A stretch of DNA of 64,000 nt from Synechococcus sp. (GTDB taxonomy: Bacteria > Cyanobacteriota > Cyanobacteriia > PCC-6307 > Cyanobiaceae). The stretch is taken from positions 1,536,136-1,600,135 of the forward strand of contig JBJBDC010000001.1 of the NCBI GenBank assembly GCA_047285535.1, written 5' to 3'. Both the position numbers and the translations under genes were made by a program. Below are positions 40,016 to 50,443 of this stretch, in pieces. The stretch's first letter is position 1. Every line of letters begins with the position of its first letter. The notes under the pieces were generated by a model. That model saw only the letters and a list, made by a program, of their open reading frames with translations. It had not been told where the DNA came from and did no database searches.

Positions 40016-40489
40016 TTGCCCTTGCCTCACCCTCTGCTCCCAGATCTAAATGAATTGGCTTCTGCCACAGCTGCAGACCATGGATTTGAGCTGGCTGATT
40101 TGAAGGTCCTAGCCCACATGCAACCCATGACGGTGCAGATTCAAATCCGACATCGCGACGGACATGATGTGACGTTGGACGATTGCGCTGGTTTCAGTTC
40201 ACCCATGGGCCAAGCCATTGAGAATGCGGCCTTTCTCAACGAGGCTTATGTCTTAGAGATCAGCAGTCCAGGGATCGGAGAACACCTCCGCTCGGATCGC
40301 GATTTCCAGACTTTTCGTAGCTATCCGGTCGATGTGATCCACCGTGGCGACGACGGCAGTGAGCAAAAACACTCCGGAACCTTATTGGAGCGAACTGAAG
40401 ATCACGTACAGATCAATATGCGAGGGCGAATTAAACGCATCCCACGAACCTCCGTTGTTTCAGTCGAGCTGACCAATCCCACAGGCTGA
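40016..40489 (+). CDS. rimP: Ribosome maturation factor RimP
   Basis: VTLDDCA, YVLEISSPGI; first gene of rimP-nusA-ylxR-infB. Confidence 0.93.
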   Translation: MPLPHPLLPDLNELASATAADHGFELADLKVLAHMQPMTVQIQIRHRDGHDVTLDDCAGFSSPMGQAIENAAFLNEAYVLEISSPGIGEHLRSDRDFQTFRSYPVDVIHRGDDGSEQKHSGTLLERTEDHVQINMRGRIKRIPRTSVVSVELTNPTG

Positions 40490-40544
40490 CGCCTTCCAGC
40501 AGCTCCCCCAACCATTCCTTCCCAGACTTTCACTTCCGTCCTCG

Positions 40545-42038
40545 ATGGCTCTCGTCCTTCTCCCCGGCCTCAGCAACCTGATCGAAGACATCAGCGAGGA
40601 AAAGAAACTCCCCCCTCAAGTCGTTGAAGCGGCATTAAGAGAAGCCCTTTTGAAGGGCTATGAACGCTATAGACGCACGCTTTATTTGGGGATCAGTGAA
40701 GATCCTTTTGACGAAGAATATTTCAGCAATTTTGATGTGGCTCTCGACCTTGACGAGGAAGGCTATCGAGTTCTCGCCAGCAAAATCATTGTTGAGGAAG
40801 TCGAGAGTGAAGACCACCAGATCGCCCTAGCAGAAGTGATGCAAGTGGCCGAGGATGCCCAAGCGGGTGACACTGTCGTGCTGGACGTCACCCCTGAAAA
40901 AGAGGATTTCGGACGCATGGCCGCTGCCACGACAAAACAAGTCCTGGCTCAAAAGCTTCGAGATCAACAGAGGCGGATGATTCAAGAAGAATTTGCAGAT
41001 CTCGAGGATCCAGTCCTTACAGCACGAGTGATTCGATTCGAACGTCAGTCGATCATCATGGCGGTAAGTTCTGGACTCGGCCGTCCTGAAGTAGAGGCTG
41101 AATTACCAAGACGCGACCAGCTTCCCAACGACAACTACCGCGCAAACGCGACCTTCAAGGTGTTCCTTAAAGAAGTCAGTGAGGTGCCCCGTCGGGGACC
41201 TCAGCTGTTTGTGAGTCGCGCCAATGCAGGTCTAGTCGTCTACCTGTTCGAAAATGAAGTGCCCGAAATTCAAGAAGGTTCGGTGCGCATCGTTGCTGTG
41301 GCAAGAGAGGCCAATCCACCATCTCGATCCGTAGGTCCTCGCACCAAAGTTGCTGTTGACAGCATTGAAAGAGAAGTCGACCCTGTGGGAGCCTGCATCG
41401 GAGCTCGGGGCTCTCGTATTCAACAGGTGGTCAATGAACTTCGCGGAGAAAAAATTGACGTCATCCGCTGGTCCCCGGACCCCAGCCAGTACATCTCCAA
41501 CTCCCTAAGTCCTGCTCGAGTAGAAGTCGTGCGTCTCGTGGATCCAGAAGGACAACATGCCCATGTCCTGGTCCCCCCAGATCAACTCAGCCTTGCCATT
41601 GGACGAGAGGGGCAAAACGTTCGCCTTGCGGCTCGATTAACCGGTTGGAAGATCGACATCAAGAATTCAACCGAATACGACCAAACTGCCGAAGATGCAG
41701 TTGTCGCCGAATTGATCTCCCAGCGAGAAGAGGAAGAGGCCCTTCAGCGCGAAGCTGAAGAACGCCTGGCCATTGAACAAGCCGCTAGAGCCGAAGAAGA
41801 TGCTCGCCTGCGTGAGCTTTATCCTTTACCTGAAGATGATGAAGATTACTCCGAAGATGATGAGTATTACGAAGAAACCAAAGCCGCTAGTCAAGAACAG
41901 CTGAATGAGTCAATCGAGCAGGCAGAAGACACAACCGAAACCGAACCAAAAGAAGATCCACCCATCCCTGAAGAACTTTCTGACGTTGATTCCAACGCAA
42001 ATTCCAACCCAACCATCGAAGAGGAAGGAACCCGGTGA
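40545..42038 (+). CDS. nusA: Transcription termination/antitermination factor NusA
   Basis: FGRMAA..TKQ, S1 and KH domains, DPVGACIG.RG.RI, LAIGREGQNVRLAARLTGW, acidic tail. Confidence 0.98.
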   Translation: MALVLLPGLSNLIEDISEEKKLPPQVVEAALREALLKGYERYRRTLYLGISEDPFDEEYFSNFDVALDLDEEGYRVLASKIIVEEVESEDHQIALAEVMQVAEDAQAGDTVVLDVTPEKEDFGRMAAATTKQVLAQKLRDQQRRMIQEEFADLEDPVLTARVIRFERQSIIMAVSSGLGRPEVEAELPRRDQLPNDNYRANATFKVFLKEVSEVPRRGPQLFVSRANAGLVVYLFENEVPEIQEGSVRIVAVAREANPPSRSVGPRTKVAVDSIEREVDPVGACIGARGSRIQQVVNELRGEKIDVIRWSPDPSQYISNSLSPARVEVVRLVDPEGQHAHVLVPPDQLSLAIGREGQNVRLAARLTGWKIDIKNSTEYDQTAEDAVVAELISQREEEEALQREAEERLAIEQAARAEEDARLRELYPLPEDDEDYSEDDEYYEETKAASQEQLNESIEQAEDTTETEPKEDPPIPEELSDVDSNANSNPTIEEEGTR

Positions 42039-42295
42039 ACGCATCGAGCCCTGTCCTCCGTCGGTGTGTTGCCTGCCGTCAGCTGCTTGATCGAAGCACG
42101 CTATGGCGAGTGATTCGTGACCATCAGGACGGGGTCCTCCTCGATCATGGGACAGGCCGTTCGGCCTACCTATGCCCGAATGAGGCCTGCTTTGAAGAGG
42201 CACGACGCCGCAAAAGACTTCAGAAATCCCTGCGATGCCAGGTTCCTGATGATCTAATGAGGGCGCTGCAAGCGCGGCTCACCAAAAATCGGTAG
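42035..42295 (+). CDS. ylxR: YlxR/DUF448 family RNA-binding protein
   Basis: RRCVACR, GRSAYLC...C; lies between nusA and infB. Confidence 0.9.
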   Translation: MNASSPVLRRCVACRQLLDRSTLWRVIRDHQDGVLLDHGTGRSAYLCPNEACFEEARRRKRLQKSLRCQVPDDLMRALQARLTKNR

Positions 42296-42377
42296 CAGCC
42301 GCTGAGGCAAGATGAACATTGGCACCACTTGTGTGGAGCCCCGAGGCACACCGTGCCCGGACCGACCGGAGACCTTA

Positions 42378-45300
42378 ATGACCAGCAGCGGCAAAGTCAG
42401 AATTTATGAGTTGTCCAAGGATCTTGGCTTGGAGAACAAAGATGTCCTGGATGCCGCCGAGAAACTGTCCATCGCGGCCAGGAGCCACAGCAGCTCCATC
42501 AGCGAAACAGAAGCCGGCAAAATCCGAAGCCTTCTCAAGCGAGGTGGCAATCCAGCGGCGCCTACTCCAACAAAGCCTGTGCCTGGCAAAGCAATCCTCT
42601 CGGTCAAGAAGGCATCCAACCCAGCTGCTCCTGCCAAACCCAGCAAACCAGTGGTTCAGTCGGCAGCCAAACCGAGCCCCACACCTTCAGCACCCTCAAG
42701 GCCAGAGACTCCCAAGCCCCCAGTGGTAAACAAGCCTGTCTCACGGCAACCGGCGCCACAAAAACCGATCAAACGACCAAGCGCGTCTTCACCATCCGCT
42801 TCGGCACCAAGGCCACAGCCCAAGGCCGCCGCCGCTCCCTCTGCACCAAAACCGTCGGTTCCTGTACGGACTGCATCGGCTCCCTCTGCGCCTACACGAC
42901 CCAGCTCAGCGAGACCGACACCTGCACCGGTTCGGCCAACAGGGACTCCTCCTGTCAAGCGACCTGGCGATGCCAGCACCGGCCGACCGTCCACACCATC
43001 TCCACGTTCTCAACCCAAAGCCCCGGTGAATCGAGGGGCACCTCAACGACCAGCACCAAAACCAGAACTTGTTGGTCGTCCTCAACCCAAACGTGTTCCG
43101 CCCGGGGCGCCCGTGCGTCAAAACGGCCAACGCGCAGGCGTGAGCCCAAGACCCAGTGGCCCGCCTGGCCAGCGCGCCAACATGCCGCAAAGGACAGCAG
43201 GGGCTCAACGTCCAGGAGCTCCTGCGAGGCCAGGGAATCCCCCAACCAAACCTGGGCAATCTCGCTCAGGAGGAGGGCTCGAACTAGTCGGCAAACCTAT
43301 TCGCCGAGATGGAAAGAGCGATGGAGGGAGCCGTAGCGAGGGGCCAAGACGGCCCCCAGGTGCGCCCAGACCAGGAGCCTCCCGACCCGGCGGCATGCCT
43401 GGCATGCGTAAACCGATGGCACCTGGTGAGCTCATGCAGCTCCAAAAGCCAAATAGCCGTCCCTCTGCACCTCCGCCGAGACGCGTTGATGGCAGCCCTG
43501 TTGCCACTCGTAGCACTGAGGCCGCACCAGGTGGAGCCAAGGCCACTCCGCCTGTTTCACGGCCTACGGCCACTCCCCCATCAGCTCCAAGACGACCAGG
43601 ATTTAGGCCAGGTGCCGGAGCAGGCGGGCAGCGCAGGCCAGGCCGCCCTGATTGGGATGACAGCGCCAAGCTTGAAGCACTGCGCAGTAAATCACCGCAG
43701 AAACAGCGTCAAAAGGTTCACATCATCGGCGAAAACGATGATGCCCTAACCGCTGAAACCGGAGGCTTTGCGGGCGAACAGCAGGCGATGGTGCTCTCCG
43801 CAAGTTTGGCCCGTCCAGCCAAACCCAGAACGAAGCAGAAGACTGATCCCAAGCCAGTTGCTGCTATCCGTAAGCGTCGCAAGGAAACAGCTCGCCAGCG
43901 TCAGCGTCGCCGGGCGATGGAACTCCGTGCCGCCAGAGAGGCAAAACAGGTCCGGCCAGAAATGATCGTGGTCCCTGAGGACAACCTCACGGTTCAAGAG
44001 CTCGCTGACATGCTCAGTGTCGAGAGCTCTGAAATCATTAAATCACTCTTCTTCAAAGGGGTGATTGCTACGGTCACACAGACCTTGGACATGCCAACAA
44101 TTGAGGCTGTGGCCCAAGAGTTCGGCGTACCGGTGCTTCAGGACGATGTCGAAGAGGCGGCCAAGAAGACCGTAGAGATGATCGAAGAGAAAGATCTCGA
44201 GCATCTCATTCGCCGTCCTCCTGTCGTCACCGTGATGGGTCATGTGGACCATGGCAAGACCAGTCTTCTCGATGCAATCAGAAAAGCCCGGGTCGCGGCA
44301 GGCGAAGCCGGTGGCATCACGCAACACATTGGCGCTTACCAAGTAGAGATCCAACACAACGATGCCCCTCGCAAGCTCACCTTCCTGGACACTCCAGGTC
44401 ACGAAGCATTCACTGCCATGCGTGCCCGGGGAACCAAAGTCACTGATGTTGCGGTCTTAGTCGTAGCAGCAGATGATGGCGTTCGTCCTCAGACCCTGGA
44501 AGCCATCAGCCATGCACGAGCGGCAGAAGTGCCTGTTGTCGTGGCAATCAACAAGATCGATAAGGAAGGTGCATCCCCAGATCGCGTCAAACAAGAACTC
44601 TCCGAACAGAACTTATTGGCAGAAGAATGGGGAGGAGATGTGGTGATGGTGCCGGTTAGTGCCATCCGCGGAGAAAACATTGACAAGCTGCTTGAAATGA
44701 TTCTGCTTGTGACAGAAGTGGAGGATCTTCAAGCCAACCCTGATCGACTCGCCAAGGGCACTGTGATCGAAGCCCATCTGGATAAAGCCAAAGGCCCTGT
44801 AGCCACATTGCTGGTTCAGAACGGCACATTGCGCACTGGCGATGTGCTCGCAGCCGGTCCAGTCCTAGGCAAAATCAGAGCCATGGTCGATGACGGTGGG
44901 GCGCGTCTTAGAGAAGCTGGGCCGTCCTGCGCCGTGGAAGCTCTTGGCTTTAGTGAAGTTCCAACAGCTGGTGATGAATTCGAGGTCTACCCGGATGAGA
45001 AATCTGCAAGGGCTGTTGTGGGTGATCGTGCCTCCGATGCTCGTGCCAATCGATTGGCGCAGCAGATGGCTTCTCGCCGTGTGTCACTCACCGCCATGTC
45101 TGGCCAGGCCAACGAAGGCGAACTCAAGGAGCTCAATCTCATTCTCAAAGCTGATGTTCAAGGCAGTGTGGAAGCAATTCTTGGCTCTCTTGAACAGCTA
45201 CCCAAAGATGAGGTACAGGTCCGTGTTTTGTTGTCTGCACCTGGCGAAATCACAGAAACGGACGTGGATCTAGCTGCAGCCTCTGGTGCCGTCATCGTGG

Positions 45301-45740
45301 GCTTCAACACATCGATGGCTTCCGGCGCGAAACGAGCAGCAGACGCCAATGGCGTCGACGTGCGCGACTACGACGTCATCTACAAATTGTTAGAAGACAT
45401 CCAGTTGGCGATGGAAGGTCTCTTAGAGCCTGAACTTGTTGAAGAGTCTCTTGGAGAAGCAGAGGTTCGAGCCGTTTTCACGATCGGCAAGAGCGCTGTG
45501 GCTGGGTGCTACATCACCAATGGCAAACTTCAGAGAAACTGCAAGGTACGTGTCCGTCGGGGCAAAGAAATCGTCTTTGCTGGAGATCTCGATTCTCTTC
45601 GCAGAAACAAAGACGATGTTAAGGATGTGGCCACAGGATTCGAATGCGGAATCGGCTGTGATCGATTTGCTAATTGGAAGGAAGGTGACATCGTTGAGGG
45701 TTACAAGCTGGTGACCCAACGCCGCAAATTAGCCATCTGA
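42378..45740 (+). CDS. infB: Translation initiation factor IF-2
   Basis: KVRIYEL N-terminus, long Pro/Arg-rich linker, [27 protein letters not shown] upstream of ATG 42378. Confidence 0.99.
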   Translation: MTSSGKVRIYELSKDLGLENKDVLDAAEKLSIAARSHSSSISETEAGKIRSLLKRGGNPAAPTPTKPVPGKAILSVKKASNPAAPAKPSKPVVQSAAKPSPTPSAPSRPETPKPPVVNKPVSRQPAPQKPIKRPSASSPSASAPRPQPKAAAAPSAPKPSVPVRTASAPSAPTRPSSARPTPAPVRPTGTPPVKRPGDASTGRPSTPSPRSQPKAPVNRGAPQRPAPKPELVGRPQPKRVPPGAPVRQNGQRAGVSPRPSGPPGQRANMPQRTAGAQRPGAPARPGNPPTKPGQSRSGGGLELVGKPIRRDGKSDGGSRSEGPRRPPGAPRPGASRPGGMPGMRKPMAPGELMQLQKPNSRPSAPPPRRVDGSPVATRSTEAAPGGAKATPPVSRPTATPPSAPRRPGFRPGAGAGGQRRPGRPDWDDSAKLEALRSKSPQKQRQKVHIIGENDDALTAETGGFAGEQQAMVLSASLARPAKPRTKQKTDPKPVAAIRKRRKETARQRQRRRAMELRAAREAKQVRPEMIVVPEDNLTVQELADMLSVESSEIIKSLFFKGVIATVTQTLDMPTIEAVAQEFGVPVLQDDVEEAAKKTVEMIEEKDLEHLIRRPPVVTVMGHVDHGKTSLLDAIRKARVAAGEAGGITQHIGAYQVEIQHNDAPRKLTFLDTPGHEAFTAMRARGTKVTDVAVLVVAADDGVRPQTLEAISHARAAEVPVVVAINKIDKEGASPDRVKQELSEQNLLAEEWGGDVVMVPVSAIRGENIDKLLEMILLVTEVEDLQANPDRLAKGTVIEAHLDKAKGPVATLLVQNGTLRTGDVLAAGPVLGKIRAMVDDGGARLREAGPSCAVEALGFSEVPTAGDEFEVYPDEKSARAVVGDRASDARANRLAQQMASRRVSLTAMSGQANEGELKELNLILKADVQGSVEAILGSLEQLPKDEVQVRVLLSAPGEITETDVDLAAASGAVIVGFNTSMASGAKRAADANGVDVRDYDVIYKLLEDIQLAMEGLLEPELVEESLGEAEVRAVFTIGKSAVAGCYITNGKLQRNCKVRVRRGKEIVFAGDLDSLRRNKDDVKDVATGFECGIGCDRFANWKEGDIVEGYKLVTQRRKLAI

Positions 45741-46660
45741 TGTCACCTCGCAGCGAGCCGCTTCTATGGCTCCAGTTAGTGGCTCTTGGAGCCATTCCAC
45801 TGGAGCTGGAGCTGCTGCGATTGGTCTTGGCAGGCTCTGATCTTGGTCCCGTTCCGTCTCTTGAACGACTGCTCTGCTGGGGGATAGGCGTCGTCGCACC
45901 GGCTGTATTGCTTTGGCGAAAACCTGCAGACTGGGGTTCACTCCTCTTGGTTCGTCATCCGATTTCTGAACGCAACACCTGGCAAAGGAAACTCAGTCGC
46001 TACCAGGAGAACTTGTTTTTAAAATTGATTTGTGCAGCAGGGGCAGTGCTGTTGCTTGCCCTGTTCTGGTGGATCGACCGCTCTTCGATTCTGATCGCAG
46101 ATCTTTCCCCCATCACAAGCGGACAACGTCTCAACAGCCTGCTGATCGCAACACCCCTATTGGCAGTGATTTTGTGGCAATGGCATCAGCTGATGCAAAC
46201 AATCTGGCTTCTCACCCGTTCGACCAAGGCCATTGAAGGAGCTTTACCGATGAATGAATTACAACTGGAACAATCAAGGCTGTCACTTGGGCTGAATCTT
46301 CTTCGACTGAAAGAACTGGAATGGGATGATCCCAAGATCAGGCCAGCCAATGTTGATGAGCGCAATACAACTCCGAACACAGATTTGGCTGAGCAATCCC
46401 CTCAAATGCCAAAACAAGAATCAACTGAGCAAAACACACTTTCCAAGAATGAAGAAGAACAGGTGAACGCAACAGAAGCATCAGGTTCAGTTGCCACGAG
46501 TTCGATCCAGCCAGAGCAAGCTTCCAAACACTCCAACAGCACCGATCTGAATCACGAGATCACTGACAACAAGATCGCCTCCGGCAGCGACTCTGAAGGT
46601 CATAACGAACAAACCAAGACCACCGGAGGCAAAGAGAGCGATCCAGAGGAAACGCCTTAG
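45740..46660 (+). CDS. Cyanobacterial membrane protein with low-complexity tail
   Basis: RSEPLLWLQL N-terminus, about 4 TM helices, acidic/polar disordered C-terminal tail. Confidence 0.75.
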   Translation: MSPRSEPLLWLQLVALGAIPLELELLRLVLAGSDLGPVPSLERLLCWGIGVVAPAVLLWRKPADWGSLLLVRHPISERNTWQRKLSRYQENLFLKLICAAGAVLLLALFWWIDRSSILIADLSPITSGQRLNSLLIATPLLAVILWQWHQLMQTIWLLTRSTKAIEGALPMNELQLEQSRLSLGLNLLRLKELEWDDPKIRPANVDERNTTPNTDLAEQSPQMPKQESTEQNTLSKNEEEQVNATEASGSVATSSIQPEQASKHSNSTDLNHEITDNKIASGSDSEGHNEQTKTTGGKESDPEETP

Positions 46661-46744
46661 ACCGCGCCAAGGGGTTCGTGATTCCTGTAGGAGACGCTCT
46701 TTCATTGCTGGATCCAACTGATTTTGCGAGTTGCTATCGCTCAA
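46487..46744 (-). CDS. DUF3493 (LPA1-like N-terminal domain) small membrane protein
   Basis: RLLQESRTPWRGLRRFLWIAL.ASG.LG, two TM helices. Confidence 0.75.
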   Translation of the reverse strand: MSDSNSQNQLDPAMKERLLQESRTPWRGLRRFLWIALFASGGLGLFVMTFRVAAGGDLVVSDLVIQIGAVGVFGSLLWLDRTRGN

Positions 46745-46785
46745 ACCCTGTGATGCGGAATGCCAAATGTTAAGTTCCTATTGAT

Positions 46786-46858
46786 GCCGATGTAGCTCAG
46801 CTGGTAGAGCAACGCTTTCGTAAAGCGTGGGTCGCCTGTTCAAGTCAGGTCATCGGCT
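46786..46858 (+). tRNA. tRNA-Thr (anticodon CGT)
   Basis: Cloverleaf: GCCGATG/CATCGGC acceptor stem, GCTC/GAGC D-arm, ACGCT-TTCGTAA-AGCGT anticodon arm, GCCTG-TTCAAGT-CAGGT T-arm; CCA not encoded. Confidence 0.97.
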
Positions 46859-47751
46859 TTTGTTGTGGAAAGCGTTTTCAAAAAAAGTAACCAAGATGCG
46901 TCCACCCTCAAGCCCAGACTTTGGCCTTTTGCATCCAAAAAAGAGATACTATGTCCCCCCTAACACACCAGCAGAAGCATAGAGGTTTAGCCTCAAACAT
47001 GGAGTCAGCAACGCCACATTTCATCCAAAGGCAGCCTAGAGATACACCTACTATTTTTTTACAAAGCAAAGACACACAGTTCAACAAGGCCAGACCTTGA
47101 ACTCCTTAGACGCCCAAAACCAATTAACGAAAACGAACACATGAGTCAATTTTGCCAAGCGCAATCTCTAAACATATTACTGGAATGAACTTGTAACAGA
47201 ATCGCATTAATACTGCCAATCTACGAACTTAACCCTTGACACCCTGCTCGACACAGCAACCCAATCAACTTGACACCTGAGTCCTTGTTGTTGTTATTTT
47301 TGCCAGCGATTTTAGTGAATTTATTACCATTACGAGTGAAGCTTGTCTAAGAATCAAATGAACACACCAAATGATCCTTAGCAAACCAGAACAACAGATA
47401 TCACCCTCGTGGGCCTGACCACATCAGAGCGCGCTGAAAAGACTAAAACCAAAAGCCAATCAATTTGCTGGAACCTTGGCACACACTCAGTGATGCAGAC
47501 AGCAGCTCATCAACAACCTCTGGACAACGCACCACCCCTCCATAGACCTGATTGATCGTACGAACCTTTTTTCGCGTGAACCACCTCTCTTCTCAGTCGA
47601 ACGCCAGGGCAACCGATCCAGCACGCGCGAGCTCCAAGACCAGAAGCCAGACATCCTCTGACGACCTCAAGCAGGGAGTGATTCAACACCCCCTCCCCAT
47701 CAGAGCAAGTTGTTTCCAGGCTTCACATCTGGAGCATGAATGAATGCAACC

Positions 47752-47815
47752 AAAAAAAAGAGGAAGGCTTCCCGCAACCCTCCTCATGACGACGCATTCC
47801 CGTTCCCAGGAACAC
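47752..47815 (-). ncRNA. Candidate small RNA (about 65 nt) ending in an intrinsic terminator
   Basis: GUGUUCCUGGGAACGGGAAUGCGUCGUCAU, then a 10-bp stem GAGGAGGGUU-GCGGGA-AGCCUUCCUC and U8; no ORF feeds it, and the hli terminator lies upstream. Confidence 0.5.
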
Positions 47816-47827
47816 ATTGAGTGTTAT

Positions 47828-47841
47828 GTATCCCTAGGAAC
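47828..47841. promoter_or_regulatory. NtcA-like box upstream of the candidate sRNA
   Basis: GTA-TCCCTAGG-AAC, a 5/6 match to GTA-N8-TAC. Confidence 0.35.
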
Positions 47842-47898
47842 TTATTTGTAGGAACGACCACCAAAAAGCCCAAAGGTCAGCAGACACAAACCATCAAC

Positions 47899-47923
47899 AA
47901 AAAGCCCCGCTCATTGCGGGGCT
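47899..47923 (-). terminator. Rho-independent terminator of the hli pair
   Basis: AGCCCCGC-AATGA-GCGGGGCT perfect 8-bp stem followed by a T run on the minus strand. Confidence 0.85.
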
Positions 47924-48004
47924 GGCCAACATCATTGCTCTTTAGGTCCATCTCCCTGGAGGACACATCAGCCTCAGTGGGCTGCAGACACCGGCTTTGA
48001 CGAA

Positions 48005-48238
48005 TTAAAGCCCAATGGCGTGTAGCAAGCCTTCGCCACTGATCAGTTCCGTGGCTATCGCAGCGACGAATCCAATCATTGCAAGGCGACCATTGAGCTG
48101 TTCGGCACGCTCGTAGAACCCCCATCCCGCATCTGGTGCTGCCAATTCCATACGGGGCTCTTTCGCATAAACATTGCCGTGACCTTGACCATCTCTGGTG
48201 ACCAGACCGGTTGGTTGGCGAAGTGTAGTTGTGGTCAT
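48005..48238 (-). CDS. hli: High-light inducible protein (77 aa)
   Basis: NVYAKEPRM motif and AEQLNGRLAMIGF. Confidence 0.93.
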   Translation of the reverse strand: MTTTTLRQPTGLVTRDGQGHGNVYAKEPRMELAAPDAGWGFYERAEQLNGRLAMIGFVAAIATELISGEGLLHAIGL

Positions 48239-48283
48239 TGGTGCCTCCGAATGGGACCTGATTCGTTGTGGTCGGGATTGAGG

Positions 48284-48469
48284 TCAAAAACCAAGGGCAG
48301 GGAGCAAACCTTGATGGAGAAGATCTTCTGTGGCGACAAGCGCCACAAACCCGAGCATCGCCAAACGTCCATTCAGCAGTTCTGCTTTGGCCAAACGCTC
48401 AAGGCGTATTTGCTCGCCGGCAAGGTCGTTCCAATAACGCTCTTGGGCTTGAAGGGTTGTTGTTGTCAT
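48284..48469 (-). CDS. hli: High-light inducible protein (61 aa)
   Basis: [13 protein letters not shown]. Confidence 0.92.
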   Translation of the reverse strand: MTTTTLQAQERYWNDLAGEQIRLERLAKAELLNGRLAMLGFVALVATEDLLHQGLLPALGF

Positions 48470-49241
48470 GGTTGTCTCCGAATGGGACCTGAACGGTCTA
48501 TTGCTGCTTCCTTCTCTTCGGAAGATGGGCCAGCCGTAATGAACGGTTCGGTTTCAAGACCTTTTCGGACGGCTTCTACGCGAGCACTTTCAACGCGTTC
48601 AGTGCTCTTGTAAACGTCAGTTCTGTTGATCAGCAGTACTCCGCTGCTGTAGCAGCAAGAACATCTCCGTCACAAACAATGCAACTGATGACTGGAAAGC
48701 TGTGATGATGATTCATGGGCAGTCCACACACTGAGGCTTTAAAAATTAATCATGCTCGTTTTGTGTTGATGTGCGCTGACCCACTTAATTAATGAGGGCA
48801 ACTACCGCACCAAACCATTGGGTGTCAGCTCAATGCATCTGCTCCTACTGGCTTAGTGGTCTGTTCTTAACCTTTGAATTCACTGGAGAGGAACCTGATC
48901 GCTGCCCCTCTGCTTGCTCTCCTGTGATGTTCGCGCCGACACCAGCACTGTTGACTCCGATGCTGGCAACCACGATCTCTACTTCGGTAATCTCCGATTC
49001 GATTTGGCCAGTGGAAACAGTTGATATCTTCTTTGATTAATGCATTGACCGGACTCTGTGAATTGGAGCTCAATGCACTGAATCAATGGATCTTTTGACT
49101 GTTCTGTCAGCTGAAATAGAACAAGAAAACCGGTCTAAAATCAGAATTCAACAAGCTGATTCAATGACAACTGCTAAAGCAAAACTCAAGCATGGAGAGA
49201 AGACCATTCAGGAATTCAACATTGCTATCAGCCGGCAATTG

Positions 49242-49493
49242 TCAAGAGTCCATTCTTTCCAGCAAGATATTACATCCCAAATCAGTTTTGATATCCCACT
49301 TCTGATTACCTTTCCTCGTTTCAAACTCGTAAAAACCATTATCCACTTCTTGATCAATAACTCTAAACCCGCTCGCCCTAAGTCTTTGTGCGCACTCAGC
49401 GATGGGTAGGTTTTGTTGAGCTAAAGCCACAAGTCCATTACCAGCAAGCATTGTAGTAGCAATGAGCGAGGCGACTCGAAACAAGCTGAACAT
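49242..49493 (-). CDS. Small secreted PepSY-like domain protein
   Basis: Signal peptide ending ALA, then L...GFRV.D.EVDNGFYEFE..KG.QKWDI..D...NIL..R.D, resembling a PepSY repeat. Confidence 0.6.
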   Translation of the reverse strand: MFSLFRVASLIATTMLAGNGLVALAQQNLPIAECAQRLRASGFRVIDQEVDNGFYEFETRKGNQKWDIKTDLGCNILLERMDS

Positions 49494-50443
49494 CGTTGAA
49501 AAACTATTTTCATTTACTTTTTAGCTATAGTTATGAAATGGCGCCACCTATGCTGAGTCCACCTCAGTTCGACTTCTCACGCTATTCAAGACATGGCCCC
49601 ATGGAGCACGCTGCTGATCGATCGGATTGACATGGCTGATTCCCTCTCTAGGCACATGCATTCACTATTTACCACCCATTCAGTGCATTGCTCTGACAGC
49701 AAAGCAAAGGCATAAAACAGTCACAGCGAAGAAGATAGATGACTGATCTGATATTGAGAGCTAAGACAAATGATTGGAGTTGCTTTGAGCAGACTCTGAA
49801 AGCAAGGCGCGATGAATGAATACCTCCAACCGCTGCATCGTTCATCGTGAGGAGATCAAGGGATGATGCAGAACAATCTCCCCAGTCGGCATCAACCTCT
49901 TGTCCAGAAATGAATGCAACTGATGAGTCTTCAGATCAGACTTTATCTCATTGACTGCGTAGCAAAGAGGGTTTCGGGCGCTTGGCATCTACGCATTACA
50001 ACTGATATCCATGCGCTCATGACAATGTTCCAAGCCATGGGCATTCGGAGGTATTTAAAAACAACTCTGAAGCCATGAGCCACCACGGCTGGTCACTCAT
50101 GGCTTCTTTCAAACTGACGACAGCCGGGCATTATCAGCAGCATTAAAATTTTCATTCAGATCATCATTCCGCCCGAGCAATCACCATTAATTTATTAATC
50201 CTACGAGTCTTATTCAAGGCATATTGCTGTATATTAATTCAATTAATTACCGCGCCGCCAAGCCAAACACCTGGCAATTCACTCCACGATTGAAATATTT
50301 TTTTCATCTCATGAAGTCATCAACGAGGCTCTAAAAGCAAACCAAGCAACCGTTAGCCCAGGTTCTCAAAACCCTTCTTGATATGAACAAAATCCAGGAT
50401 GGCCTGCAGTGCAATCAAACTGAAAGCACTCCTGAAAAAATTC

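Noticed and set aside
42600..43700. Pro/Arg/Gly-rich low-complexity region with several long antisense ORFs
   Set aside because: This is the normal disordered N-terminal linker of cyanobacterial IF-2; the antisense ORFs are shadows
48655..48685. Possible RpaB (HLR1) site upstream of the hli pair
   Set aside because: Only one half-site (GTCACAAA) resembles the consensus, and the second half is too degenerate to call
49086..49409. 107-aa plus-strand ORF
   Set aside because: It is antisense to the better supported PepSY-like gene and has no recognisable motif
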